DNA of 39,374 nucleotides from an uncultured Candidatus Saccharibacteria bacterium (GCA_946500965.1 CAMMXR010000001.1:1-39374); one strand, 5' to 3'; shown: positions 27,891-36,914, counted from the stretch's first letter. Notes: generated by a model from the letters alone, not told the origin. A program made the numbers and translations.

Positions 27891-28586
27891 GTGGTGGTGA
27901 AACAACAACGCAAAATCCATATCAAGCCAAGCTACATTATCCTCGGGGTAATCTTGATCCTCCTGGCGGCCTTCTGTATCCGTGTCGCTGTCTGGGAACA
28001 TAACTACTTTGCCCGGATGGAAGGCAGTGAGCGCGCCAGCAGCGGCGCCTACATTGACGGCCAGGACGTGGATGAAGAAAAACCCGACTCTACCGCTATT
28101 GCCGAATATAAGGTCGCTCCCGACAAGCCCCGCTATCTTACCATCCGCAGCCTCGGCATCATTAACGCTCGCATCGTTGAAGTCGGTCTCAAAGAAAACC
28201 AAGAACTCGCCACCCCCGTCAACATCTACGACATCGGCTGGTATACCGGCTCCGATCTTCCCGGCACCGGCGTCAGCGTGATGGACGCCCACGGCGGTAA
28301 TGCCGGCCAGGGTATTTTCCGCACTCTCCCCAACATCCAGACCGGCGCCGAAATCGCCGTTGAAATGGGCGACGGCCGTCTCTATACCTACGTCGTCACC
28401 GACACCGCCACCAAAGCCCTCGGCGATGACGCCAACGCATATATGAACACCGCCTTCACTTCACCCGAACCAGGCACCCCCTCCCTCACCCTCATCACCT
28501 GCACTGGCGACTGGTGGCTCCAAAGCCAGACCTACTCGCACCGTTTCTTCGTTCGCGCCCTGCTCAAAACCGAACCGACAGAATAG
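27891..28586 (+). CDS. Class F-like sortase
   Basis: N-terminal TM; GWY...PG...DAH; LTLITCTG; downstream Arg (HRFFVRA). Confidence 0.85.
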   Translation: MVVKQQRKIHIKPSYIILGVILILLAAFCIRVAVWEHNYFARMEGSERASSGAYIDGQDVDEEKPDSTAIAEYKVAPDKPRYLTIRSLGIINARIVEVGLKENQELATPVNIYDIGWYTGSDLPGTGVSVMDAHGGNAGQGIFRTLPNIQTGAEIAVEMGDGRLYTYVVTDTATKALGDDANAYMNTAFTSPEPGTPSLTLITCTGDWWLQSQTYSHRFFVRALLKTEPTE

Positions 28587-28701
28587 CTCCAGCGCCGCCC
28601 GTAAATCTCTCCGCGCCCGCCCCGAAAAAAAACTCACCGCAAAATCTTCAGTTTTATGCTTTACTTTTGCTTCTTGCTGTGGTAAAATCAAAAAGTAATT
28701 T

Positions 28702-28962
28702 ATGGCTAGTCACAAAACTGCGACTTCAGCTCCTGCTACCAGCAAGAGCCAGAAGGAAGTTATCAAACTCACCGGCAAAGTTGTTGAGGCTTTGCCCAAC
28801 ACCCAATTTCGGGTGGAGCTTGAGAATGGTCATAATGTCATTGCACACATAAGCGGACGCATGCGCAAGAATTTTATCCGCTTGGTGCCGGGCGACCGGG
28901 TCGAGGTTGAGTTAACCCCTTACGATCTAGAAAAGGGCAGAATCAGCTTCCGCTTGCAGTAA
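28702..28962 (+). CDS. infA: Translation initiation factor IF-1
   Basis: [25 protein letters not shown]. Confidence 0.98.
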   Translation: MASHKTATSAPATSKSQKEVIKLTGKVVEALPNTQFRVELENGHNVIAHISGRMRKNFIRLVPGDRVEVELTPYDLEKGRISFRLQ

Positions 28963-28969
28963 TATTAAT

Positions 28970-29035
28970 TGTTGTAATTTTTACAACGGCCGAAAACCCA
29001 GCGCGACAAGATAAGGCGTTGTAAAAATCACAACA
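28970..29035. repeat. 19-bp inverted repeat of the TGTAA-N3-TTACA family
   Basis: TGTTGTAATTTTTACAACG (28970) and CGTTGTAAAAATCACAACA (29017), one mismatch. Confidence 0.75.
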
Positions 29036-29059
29036 GGTAACGGAAAGGATTTTAGCACT

Positions 29060-29176
29060 GTGAAGGTACGTGCAAGTGTTAAAAAAATCTCCCCCGATGA
29101 CATTATCGTGCGTCGCAAAGGTGTGCTGCGTGTCATCAACAAGAAAAAACCTAAGAATAAGCAAAGGCAGGGTTAA
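29060..29176 (+). CDS. rpmJ: 50S ribosomal protein L36 (Zn-free form; not in the ORF track)
   Basis: GTG start; [38 protein letters not shown]. Confidence 0.95.
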   Translation: MKVRASVKKISPDDIIVRRKGVLRVINKKKPKNKQRQG

Positions 29177-29178
29177 GC

Positions 29179-29565
29179 ATGGCAAGAATTGCTAGTGTGA
29201 CCATCCCGAACGAGAAGCAGGCGTGGATTGCTCTCACCTACATCTACGGCATTGGTCAAACGACGAGTAAAGCCATCCTTGCGGAGGCCAAGATTGAGCC
29301 TACCACTCGGGTGAAAGATCTCACCGAGGCTGACATTCAGAAGATCAACGACCTGATCAGCAGCAAATACGCTGTTGAAGGCGACCTGAAACGCCTCGTT
29401 ACCAACAATATCAAACGCTTAAAGGACATCAACTCCTACAAAGGCATCCGCCACAAGGCCGGTCTCCCGGTCAATGGTCAACGTACCCGCACGAACGCAC
29501 GTACTCGCAAGGGTAAAGCGATTGCCGTAGGTGGTGCGCAGCCGAAAGCCGCCAGTAAGACTTAG
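29179..29565 (+). CDS. rpsM: 30S ribosomal protein S13
   Basis: [27 protein letters not shown]. Confidence 0.98.
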   Translation: MARIASVTIPNEKQAWIALTYIYGIGQTTSKAILAEAKIEPTTRVKDLTEADIQKINDLISSKYAVEGDLKRLVTNNIKRLKDINSYKGIRHKAGLPVNGQRTRTNARTRKGKAIAVGGAQPKAASKT

Positions 29566-29582
29566 AAAGTAGGAGAAAAGAT

Positions 29583-30023
29583 ATGTCAGAAGAAGAGAAA
29601 AAGACTGTAGGAGCCGCGACCACCGAAGTTCCAGCAGTCAAGACCAAAGTCAAAGGCAAAAAAGGTAAACGGGTTGTCACCTCTGGTCAGGTTCACATCC
29701 AATCTACCTTCAACAATACAATTATTACTGTCACCGACAAGGCCGGCGGCGCCCTCGCTGCCAGCTCGGCTGGCGCTAACGGCTTCCGCGGCAGCAAAAA
29801 GGGCACCGCTTACGCCGCCCAAGTAGCCGCCGAGAAAGCCCTGGAAACCGCCAAGCGCGAACACGGCCTCAGCAGCGTTGATGTCTATGTCAACGGTATC
29901 GGCCTCGGTCGCGACAGCGCCATCCGCGCCGTTTCCAGCGTTGGCATCAAAATTGACAGTATTACCGATGTTACCCCGATCGCACACGGTGGCGTGCGTC
30001 CGAAGGGAGAAAGGAAACCGTAA
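29583..30023 (+). CDS. rpsK: 30S ribosomal protein S11
   Basis: STFNNTI, YAAQ, DVTPIAHGG. Confidence 0.98.
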   Translation: MSEEEKKTVGAATTEVPAVKTKVKGKKGKRVVTSGQVHIQSTFNNTIITVTDKAGGALAASSAGANGFRGSKKGTAYAAQVAAEKALETAKREHGLSSVDVYVNGIGLGRDSAIRAVSSVGIKIDSITDVTPIAHGGVRPKGERKP

Positions 30024-30640
30024 TGGCCCGAGATATTTCTCCAATTGTTAAACAAAGTCGTCGCGAAGGCTACGCGCTGGCTCCCAAGGCCCACAAAGTC
30101 ATGGCCAAGAAGACCGGCATCCCTGGTGAACACGCTGATATGCGCGTCCGGGGTGGCAGCCTCTACCTGACGCAGCTCCGCGAGAAGCAAAAAGTCCGCC
30201 GCCTCTACGGCGTCCTAGAAAAGCAATTCGCGAAACTAATGAAAGAAGCCGCCGCGGCCGACGGTCTCGCCGGCGAGAACCTGCTCCAATACCTGGAGCG
30301 CCGCGCCGACAACGTCGTCTATCGCGCTGGTTTCGCCCTGACCCGCCGCCAAGCCCGGCAGCTGGTCTCGCACGGCCACTTCCTCCTGAACGGTCGCCGC
30401 ATTGACATTCCGTCCATCCGGCTCAAGCCCGGCGACATCCTGGAAGTTCGCCCCAAATCGCAGAAGTCCGAATACTTCAAGAACCTTGACAACATTGTCA
30501 GCGGCAGTTCTACGGTCCCCCTGAGCTGGCTCAAGAGCGATCCCAAGCAAATGAAAATTGAAATCACTGGCCTGCCCAAGCGCGAAGAGGCAGAAGCTGG
30601 TATTAACGAACAGTTAATCGTTGAGTACTACTCACGTTAA
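30023..30640 (+). CDS. rpsD: 30S ribosomal protein S4
   Basis: QLREKQK, LERRADNVVYR, ARQLVSHGH, IVEYYSR. Confidence 0.98.
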   Translation: MARDISPIVKQSRREGYALAPKAHKVMAKKTGIPGEHADMRVRGGSLYLTQLREKQKVRRLYGVLEKQFAKLMKEAAAADGLAGENLLQYLERRADNVVYRAGFALTRRQARQLVSHGHFLLNGRRIDIPSIRLKPGDILEVRPKSQKSEYFKNLDNIVSGSSTVPLSWLKSDPKQMKIEITGLPKREEAEAGINEQLIVEYYSR

Positions 30641-30650
30641 GGAGGACCAC

Positions 30651-31589
30651 ATGACAACAAAAGTTATCCACGAAGCTGAACTCGCCGCCGTCAACCAACT
30701 CGGCCCGAACAGCGCGGAATTCGTGATCCGACCGCTCTTTTACGGCTACGGCAACACGCTGGGCAATTCCATTCGTCGCGTCCTGCTTTCCAGCATCAAA
30801 GGTGCCGCCATTACTGCGTTCAGTATTGACGGCGTCAGCCACGAATACACCGCCATCCCTGGTGTCCGCGAAGATGTGGTTGATATTATGCTCAATCTCA
30901 AGAACATCCGCTTCAAGTCCCACAGCGACGAACCGGTTGAAATCACCTTTGAGATCAAAGGCAAAGACACTGGTGAAGATGGTAAAGTACTCGCCGGCAG
31001 CATTAAGCTCCCAGCTGGTCTGGAAATCGGCAACCCCGACCAGATCATCTGCCACATTGACGACCCCAACTACACCCTGAAAATGCACCTGGTCGTCGAA
31101 ACCGGCCGCGGCTACCTCAACATTGAGAAAGCCAGCGCCGACCGTCTCCATAGCGATATGATCGCTCTGGACGCTGTCTTCAGCCCGGTCCTTCGCGTCC
31201 GCTACAAGGTTGAGAACACCCGCGTTGGTCAAGACACCAACCTTCAACAACTCACCATTACGGTTGATACCGATGGTACGATTACTCCGCAGGAAGCTTT
31301 CCACGAAGCCAACGCCATCCTGGTCAACCAATACACGGCTCTGGCTGGTGGTCTCGTAGTTGAGAGCGCGCCCGCTCCTGGCTCCGAACCCAGCGCCGAT
31401 GATGCCAACCTCTCTCTCCCCATTGAAGAGCTTGGCCTCTCGGCTCGCACCGCCAATGCCCTCGTCAACAACCAAATCAAGACCGTCCGTGACCTAGTTG
31501 CCCTTTCCGAAGTTGATCTCAAAGATCTCAAAGGTTTCGGCAGCAAAGCCCTGGACGAAGTTAAAGAGAAACTTACGGAGTTACTATAA
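30651..31589 (+). CDS. rpoA: RNA polymerase alpha subunit
   Basis: GYGNTLGNSIRRVLLSS, GVREDV, DAVFSPV, alpha-CTD LSARTANAL; AGGAGG RBS before ATG 30651. Confidence 0.98.
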   Translation: MTTKVIHEAELAAVNQLGPNSAEFVIRPLFYGYGNTLGNSIRRVLLSSIKGAAITAFSIDGVSHEYTAIPGVREDVVDIMLNLKNIRFKSHSDEPVEITFEIKGKDTGEDGKVLAGSIKLPAGLEIGNPDQIICHIDDPNYTLKMHLVVETGRGYLNIEKASADRLHSDMIALDAVFSPVLRVRYKVENTRVGQDTNLQQLTITVDTDGTITPQEAFHEANAILVNQYTALAGGLVVESAPAPGSEPSADDANLSLPIEELGLSARTANALVNNQIKTVRDLVALSEVDLKDLKGFGSKALDEVKEKLTELL

Positions 31590-31969
31590 TGCATCGTCAC
31601 GGATACAAAGGCCGCAAGTTCGGCCGCGAAACCGATCAGCGACGAGCGCTCCAACGTGGGCTAATGCGCGCGCTGATTGAACATCAATCTATCACCACTA
31701 CTCTTGCCCGAGCCAAAGAAATTCGCCGCGGCACCGAAAAACTGGTCACCATCGCCAAAAAAGGCGGTCTAGCCAATCGGCGCCTGCTGATTTCCCGCCT
31801 GGACGATATCAAAACCGCCGATCTGCTGATGGACGTCATCGCCCCTCAGATCAAGCGCGATTCTGGTTATCTCCGCATTGAGCGGGCCGGCTTCCGCAAA
31901 GGCGACAACACCGAAATGGCCACCATTTCCTTCGTTGATGATATTGACCTCAAGAAGGGAGGCAAATAA
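31589..31969 (+). CDS. rplQ: 50S ribosomal protein L17
   Basis: ITTTLARAKE, GYLRI, RKGD..MA. Confidence 0.97.
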   Translation: MHRHGYKGRKFGRETDQRRALQRGLMRALIEHQSITTTLARAKEIRRGTEKLVTIAKKGGLANRRLLISRLDDIKTADLLMDVIAPQIKRDSGYLRIERAGFRKGDNTEMATISFVDDIDLKKGGK

Positions 31970-32406
31970 TGACCGCTCCTCAGAAAACTTACAGCCAAAA
32001 AGGCGCTGACATCCAGCGCGAATGGTGGCTGATTGACGCCAGCACCATGCCGCTCGGCAAACTGGCCGTCATTATTGCCGACAAACTGACCGGCAAAAGC
32101 AAAGTCACCTACACCCCGCACGTTGACAACGGCGATTATGTGGTCGTGATTAACGCCAAGAACCTCCAGGTTACCGGCGACAAACTTACCGACAAGAAAT
32201 ACTATCGCCACAGCGGTTTCCCCGGTGGTCTGACCGAACTCAAACTGGAAGAAGTGATTGAGAAAGACCCGCGGATTGCGATTGAGCACGCCGTCAAAGG
32301 CATGCTGCCCAAGAACAAGCTCGCCGCTGACCGTCTGGCGCGTCTCCGCGTCTTCCCCGGCGCCGAACACGCTCACACCGCACAAACTCCAAAGGAGATT
32401 AAATAA
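31969..32406 (+). CDS. rplM: 50S ribosomal protein L13
   Basis: W.LIDA, YTPHVD.GD, YYRHSGFPGG, GMLPKN. Confidence 0.98.
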   Translation: MTAPQKTYSQKGADIQREWWLIDASTMPLGKLAVIIADKLTGKSKVTYTPHVDNGDYVVVINAKNLQVTGDKLTDKKYYRHSGFPGGLTELKLEEVIEKDPRIAIEHAVKGMLPKNKLAADRLARLRVFPGAEHAHTAQTPKEIK

Positions 32407-32807
32407 TGGCTACGAAAGACACCTACATCTACGGGCTGGGTCGCCGCAAGGCCGCTACTGCCCGCGTCCGTCTCTATGCGGGTAAGGGCGAAATCACTAT
32501 CAACGACAAACCCGCGCTGGAATACCTTTCCGGCAACAAGTCCTATCTCGCTGAGATTACCGATCCGCTCGCCCTAGCTGGCAAACAAAACGAATACAAT
32601 GTTTCCATCAAGGTCGCGGGTGGCGGTCTCGCCGGCCAGGTTGATGCGATTAAACTCGCTCTCTCCAAGGCTCTCACCACCGAGATGGCCGACCTGCGCC
32701 CAGTCCTCAAAAAGGCTGGTTTCCTCAAGCGCGATCCCCGCGAGAAAGAACGCAAGAAATACGGTCTGCGCTCTGCTCGCAAGAAAGAACAATTCTCCAA
32801 GCGTTAA
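32406..32807 (+). CDS. rpsI: 30S ribosomal protein S9
   Basis: GRRKAATARV, GGGLAGQ, RDPREKERKKYG, QFSKR. Confidence 0.98.
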   Translation: MATKDTYIYGLGRRKAATARVRLYAGKGEITINDKPALEYLSGNKSYLAEITDPLALAGKQNEYNVSIKVAGGGLAGQVDAIKLALSKALTTEMADLRPVLKKAGFLKRDPREKERKKYGLRSARKKEQFSKR

Positions 32808-32894
32808 TTGTTGCTCTCAGCTCCGGCGGCGGCCCCTGGTCGCCGCTCTGCTGAGCTGGAGAACCTAACTGACATTATTGCAAAACCTCACACC

Positions 32895-33500
32895 ATGTTA
32901 CCCCAAGCCCTATCTGATACGATTGAATCTCTCGGGCATTTGCCCGGCGTCGGCCCTCGTACTGCCGAACGCTATGCTTATTTTTTGTTCAAAAGCAGCC
33001 CGCGCCTCAGCACTGACATCGCCGAGGCCCTGGTCAATCTTCACACCGGCGTCAAATCCTGCCCGGTCACCTTCGCCCTGATTGATAACGACGAGACCGT
33101 CTCGCCACTCTACAGCGCCCCTGAACGCGACAAAAGCACCATCCTTGTCGTAGAAGAGCCGCTTGACATCTACGCCCTTGAGCAAACCAAACAATACCGC
33201 GGCACCTATCACGTCCTCGGTGGCGCCATTTCCCCCATTGACGGTATCACGCCCGACCAACTCCATATCAAGGAACTGCTGGATCGCATCGTCCCCGACC
33301 AAGTCAAAGAAATTATCATTGCCACCAACCCCTCCGTGGAAGGGGAATCAACCGCCCTCTTGCTCCAGAAAACCCTCCACGAGCAATTCCCGCACCTCAA
33401 AGTCACCCGCCTCGCGCGCGGTCTACCGCTCGGCGTCGATCTCTCCTACGCCGACCAGATCACTCTCTCCGCCGCCCTGGAAAACCGCACCAATCTCTAG
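32895..33500 (+). CDS. recR: Recombination mediator RecR with degenerate zinc finger
   Basis: LPGVGPRTAER, YHVLGG.ISPIDG, ATNPSVEGESTA, RLARGLP; start at ATG 32895. Confidence 0.95.
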   Translation: MLPQALSDTIESLGHLPGVGPRTAERYAYFLFKSSPRLSTDIAEALVNLHTGVKSCPVTFALIDNDETVSPLYSAPERDKSTILVVEEPLDIYALEQTKQYRGTYHVLGGAISPIDGITPDQLHIKELLDRIVPDQVKEIIIATNPSVEGESTALLLQKTLHEQFPHLKVTRLARGLPLGVDLSYADQITLSAALENRTNL

Positions 33501-33529
33501 CTTCCCAGTCCGCCCTCCCGCGGGTATTT

Positions 33530-34444
33530 TTATGCTTCTTTACTTCGCTCTCCGTCCACACCCAGCAGCCCCAGCGCCATACACGTATCCCGGAGCAGCT
33601 TCTTCCGAAAATCCAACACCTGTACCTGCCAACCAAAAATCTGCCCGATTTCTTCCTTCCACAGCCACAGCCGCGGATCCAGCAGTACCACCACCGCCGG
33701 CTTCAGTGGCATCACCAATTCATCCGCATCCTCGCCCGGCCAGACCATCATCGCTCGCCGCTCACCCCGCTTTGCCAGTTGCCAAGCCCGCTCTCGCGCT
33801 TGCGCCACCTCAAACTGCGCAATCTTCGCCACCGTTGCCACCAGTTTCACCCGGTGCTTCTCAATCGTAATTGTCTGCGCTAGTGTCAAGCGCGTTCTTG
33901 ATCTGCTCAGCGTCTCCAACCGCGCTCCGCCCCGCACCGCCTCGGTCTGCGTCTCTAGCTTAAAATCCCGCGCCAAATCCCGCCACAAAATCTCCATCGT
34001 CATTAAATCACGATCTATCAACGTCCCCCAACTCCGCCCGTCCGGCAGCAGCCAGGTCAGCTTTGGCAAGTCCCGCTTCAGATCCATCAAGCGCTCATCC
34101 TCACCCACTTCCGCCCCCGCCAGCAGCGCCGCTGCGCCATCCCGTATACACCGCTGCCGCAGCAAACGCCGATTTATACCTAGCGCAACCAGGTTTTGCT
34201 CCGGATGGCGCTGCCTCAATTGCGTCAACCCCGCACCCACACAATCCGCCAACACGATTGCTGCCACCCGCCCCCAGAATCGCGCCAAGTTTTGCTCCGC
34301 CCGCTCCAGCCACGCCTCGCCCGTCACCTCCGTCTGCGCCCAATCTATCACTCGCACCACCTCCACCACTCCCAATTCTTCCTCCAAATACTCCGCCACC
34401 ACCTCACCCGCTCGCCCCCGACCATAAACTACAACCCGTAGCAT
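33530..34444 (-). CDS. Hypothetical protein, divergent glutamate-racemase-like
   Basis: 304-aa ORF with G-rich codons like ychF; segment order resembles MurI but catalytic motifs are altered. Confidence 0.6.
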   Translation of the reverse strand: MLRVVVYGRGRAGEVVAEYLEEELGVVEVVRVIDWAQTEVTGEAWLERAEQNLARFWGRVAAIVLADCVGAGLTQLRQRHPEQNLVALGINRRLLRQRCIRDGAAALLAGAEVGEDERLMDLKRDLPKLTWLLPDGRSWGTLIDRDLMTMEILWRDLARDFKLETQTEAVRGGARLETLSRSRTRLTLAQTITIEKHRVKLVATVAKIAQFEVAQARERAWQLAKRGERRAMMVWPGEDADELVMPLKPAVVVLLDPRLWLWKEEIGQIFGWQVQVLDFRKKLLRDTCMALGLLGVDGERSKEA

Positions 34445-34726
34445 CCAATCTCCTTTTCAGTTTTCTACATCATACCAGACTTTACCCTAACCCGCCGAAA
34501 AAAGTTTTGACTTATTTAACACTCTGTAAAGTTTACAGAGAGAAAAATCAGTAGAAAATATCACGCTTCTGTTTAGAAAAACCTCCATTCCGCCCCGCTT
34601 GCCACCCTGACAAGCACGGCACTTAGCCTCGGTTATCGCCCTGACAGGCACGGCCTTTCGCGCGCAGTCGCACAAAAACCTAGCCAAAAATCACTTTTTC
34701 TGCTATAATCAGCTCAGCCCAAATGT

Positions 34727-34801
34727 TGGGGATTCGCCAAGTGGTAAGGCAGTGGGTTCTGGTCCCACCATTCGGGGGTTCGAATCCCTCATCCCCAGCC
34801 A
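34727..34801 (+). tRNA. tRNA-Gln(CUG)
   Basis: TGGGGAT/ATCCCCA acceptor, GTGGG-TTCTGGT-CCCAC, TTCGAAT loop, GCCA; TGCTATAAT at 34701. Confidence 0.96.
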
Positions 34802-34907
34802 ATAAAATGAGGGGAGCATGCTCCTCTCTTTTTATTGGCCTTGGACCGAGAATCAAACGGGTTCGTTATCTCGCGTAGCGAGATTTCTTTTCCCTCATCC
34901 CCAGCCA
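34785..34907 (+). repeat. 17-bp direct repeat of the tRNA-Gln 3' end flanking an 89-bp insert
   Basis: TCCCTCATCCCCAGCCA at 34785-34801 and 34891-34907. Confidence 0.9.
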
Positions 34908-34917
34908 TATTAAGACG

Positions 34918-35057
34918 TCACTTTTGATACAGCTCAGTGGGTTTATCATTGTAGGTGACTTCACTGCTGCATGACAGGAAAGCTATCTGCGTCCCGTCCG
35001 GGCTGAGTTTCCCGCTCCAAGTAAAGCGACTGACTTCGGGATAGAACCCAAGCGTGG
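34918..35057 (-). pseudogene. Fragment of a TolB/PD40-like beta-propeller gene
   Basis: Translates ...FTWSGKLSPDGTQIAFLS...PTELYQK*; no clear start. Confidence 0.35.
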
Positions 35058-35116
35058 ACTTGTGGAAAACTCCGTTAAAATTGCGCCCCGATTTTTTCCA
35101 TCGCTTTCTAAAATCA

Positions 35117-35287
35117 TGCTATAATAGTAGTGTCTATTCTAAACCACAATATTTGTGCGGAGTCGTAAAAACGGCACCGCATCTGCAAAAAGAACGGCTT
35201 TGCCTTCGATTTGTGGTTTGGAATAGACACCCAATGCGGTGTCGTTTTTTACCATAGCACCGCAGCACTAAGAAATAGGAGGTAGCG
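35117..35287 (+). promoter_or_regulatory. Promoter and highly structured leader of the FISUMP gene
   Basis: TGCTATAAT at 35117; helices 35130-35149/35211-35230 and 35165-35182/35234-35252; AGGAGG at 35277. Confidence 0.7.
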
Positions 35288-36826
35288 GTGTTAAGGATAC
35301 ATAGAGATATAAATGAGCAGAAAATCGTTCAACTGCCATGGCTAGAATTGATTGGAGTAGCCAGTTGTTGCATCTTACTTCTAATTCTTGGCGCCATGGT
35401 TTTTCCTTTATTGCCGCAGGAAGTGTATGCAACGCCCGATCTAGCTGATAGCACTGTAGCTCCGCGTGCTGGCGCGGTGTGCGGCCCTGGGGAGTACGAT
35501 CCATCTGTCTCTATTAGTCTCCCTTCTACCATAAACTTTGATTCTGTTATGCCTACTTCAGCCGGTGCTACTACCACGGCTACCGCTAGTCTGAATATAA
35601 CGACAACTAACACTGCAGACTACGACCTTTACCTCTATTCTTCCGATGGTGATAATAGCCTCAGACCCAAAGTCTCTTCCCTTGCCAACATCTCCTCTAT
35701 TGACGCAATCGCAGGAGATGTTGGCCTAACCTTAAGTAGCCTCAAGCCTAACACTTGGGGCTACAACCTTGGGGCAGAAGCGCCAACCGAGGCAACAATT
35801 TACTCTTCCATTCCAACCGATAACTCCACGCCAATCCAGACCAAGGATACTACAGCCACCGCTCAAGCAGACGACACTTATACCCTATCATTTGGCGCAA
35901 AAGTGGACACGACTATTCCGTCCGGAACCTATTCTAATACTGTGACTATAGCAGTAGTGGCCAGCCCGCTTGTATTTGGAGTCCAGTTTAACGGTAATGG
36001 GGCGGACGCTGGGAATATGGACCTTTTTGGCATGAGATGCCCGGGCAACGCTGCTTCGCTGCCAGCTAACACTTTTACGCGTGACGGGTATGTTTTTACT
36101 GGTTGGAACACGGCTCCCGATGGTAGTGGGGTATCCTATTCTGATGGAGGGACTTACATCGTTCCACATGAACCAAGTGAATATCTAATCACATTATACG
36201 CACAATGGGAGAGAGCTTATTACATACAGGACTTCACTAACTCTCAGTGCCAGAACCTAGCCTCAGATACCAACTTTACCGTAATAGATAAACGCGATGG
36301 TAATGACTATGCCGTCCGCTACATCAACGGCGCTTGCTGGATGACCCAGAACCTGCGGCTGGCTGGTGGAACCGCGCTCACCACGTCTGACTCTAACATA
36401 ACTCAGAATTACACCTTGCCAACCATTCAGCTTGCCGGTAATAGCAATTCCTATACTGAGCCGCAGACTACCATCAGCAGCGACACTTCCTACGGCGGCT
36501 ATTACAACTATTGCGCCGCATCAGCAGGAACAGTCTGCTCCCAAACTCAGGCAAGTGCCACCCAAGACATCTGCCCGAAGGGCTGGAGGTTGCCAACAGG
36601 TAGTGAGATAGACGGCATCACTAGCTATGTCTCCGCATTCTCGCCTGTCTATAGTGGCAACTACAACGGTGGCTCGCTCAGCGATACCGGCTCCAGCGGC
36701 CACTGGTGGTCAGCTACCGCACGCTTTGGCTACCCGCTCTCCCTGCGCTACAGCAGTGGTAGCTTGAATACCAGCCTCTACGACAACTACTACGGGTTCT
36801 CGGTGCGGTGTATCCGCTCTAGCTAG
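35288..36826 (+). CDS. Surface protein with Listeria-Bacteroides (InlB B-type) repeat and C-terminal FISUMP domain; candidate DGR target
   Basis: N-terminal TM; FNGNG..LPANTFTRDGYVFTGWNT.PDGSG; WMTQNL, YYNY.AA, ICPKGWRLPT, WWSAT, GFSVRC. Confidence 0.85.
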   Translation: MLRIHRDINEQKIVQLPWLELIGVASCCILLLILGAMVFPLLPQEVYATPDLADSTVAPRAGAVCGPGEYDPSVSISLPSTINFDSVMPTSAGATTTATASLNITTTNTADYDLYLYSSDGDNSLRPKVSSLANISSIDAIAGDVGLTLSSLKPNTWGYNLGAEAPTEATIYSSIPTDNSTPIQTKDTTATAQADDTYTLSFGAKVDTTIPSGTYSNTVTIAVVASPLVFGVQFNGNGADAGNMDLFGMRCPGNAASLPANTFTRDGYVFTGWNTAPDGSGVSYSDGGTYIVPHEPSEYLITLYAQWERAYYIQDFTNSQCQNLASDTNFTVIDKRDGNDYAVRYINGACWMTQNLRLAGGTALTTSDSNITQNYTLPTIQLAGNSNSYTEPQTTISSDTSYGGYYNYCAASAGTVCSQTQASATQDICPKGWRLPTGSEIDGITSYVSAFSPVYSGNYNGGSLSDTGSSGHWWSATARFGYPLSLRYSSGSLNTSLYDNYYGFSVRCIRSS

Positions 36827-36914
36827 TTAGCTCTTGTGCCTTTCTCCCGACCCCCACGGAGGACGTGCGCCGCGACCTGAGGGAGGTGGTGTCTGGGGGG
36901 CGGGGCGGGGAAAC

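Noticed and set aside
26534-27925. 463-aa antisense ORF over secY, and many similar shadow ORFs across the window
   Set aside because: Explained by the strong codon bias of real genes, which removes stops from other frames; no motifs or expression signals
19031-32408. Repeated TAATG stop/start overlaps
   Set aside because: Ordinary translational coupling in a compact operon
8624-32894. Longer upstream starts in the ORF track for rpmG, permease 2, rpsQ, secY, rpoA and recR (also ychF)
   Set aside because: The extensions overlap promoters or upstream genes; downstream ATGs match the known N-termini
35061-35069. DnaA-box-like TGTGGAAAA suggesting oriC
   Set aside because: Single imperfect box, no cluster, no dnaA nearby and no skew switch
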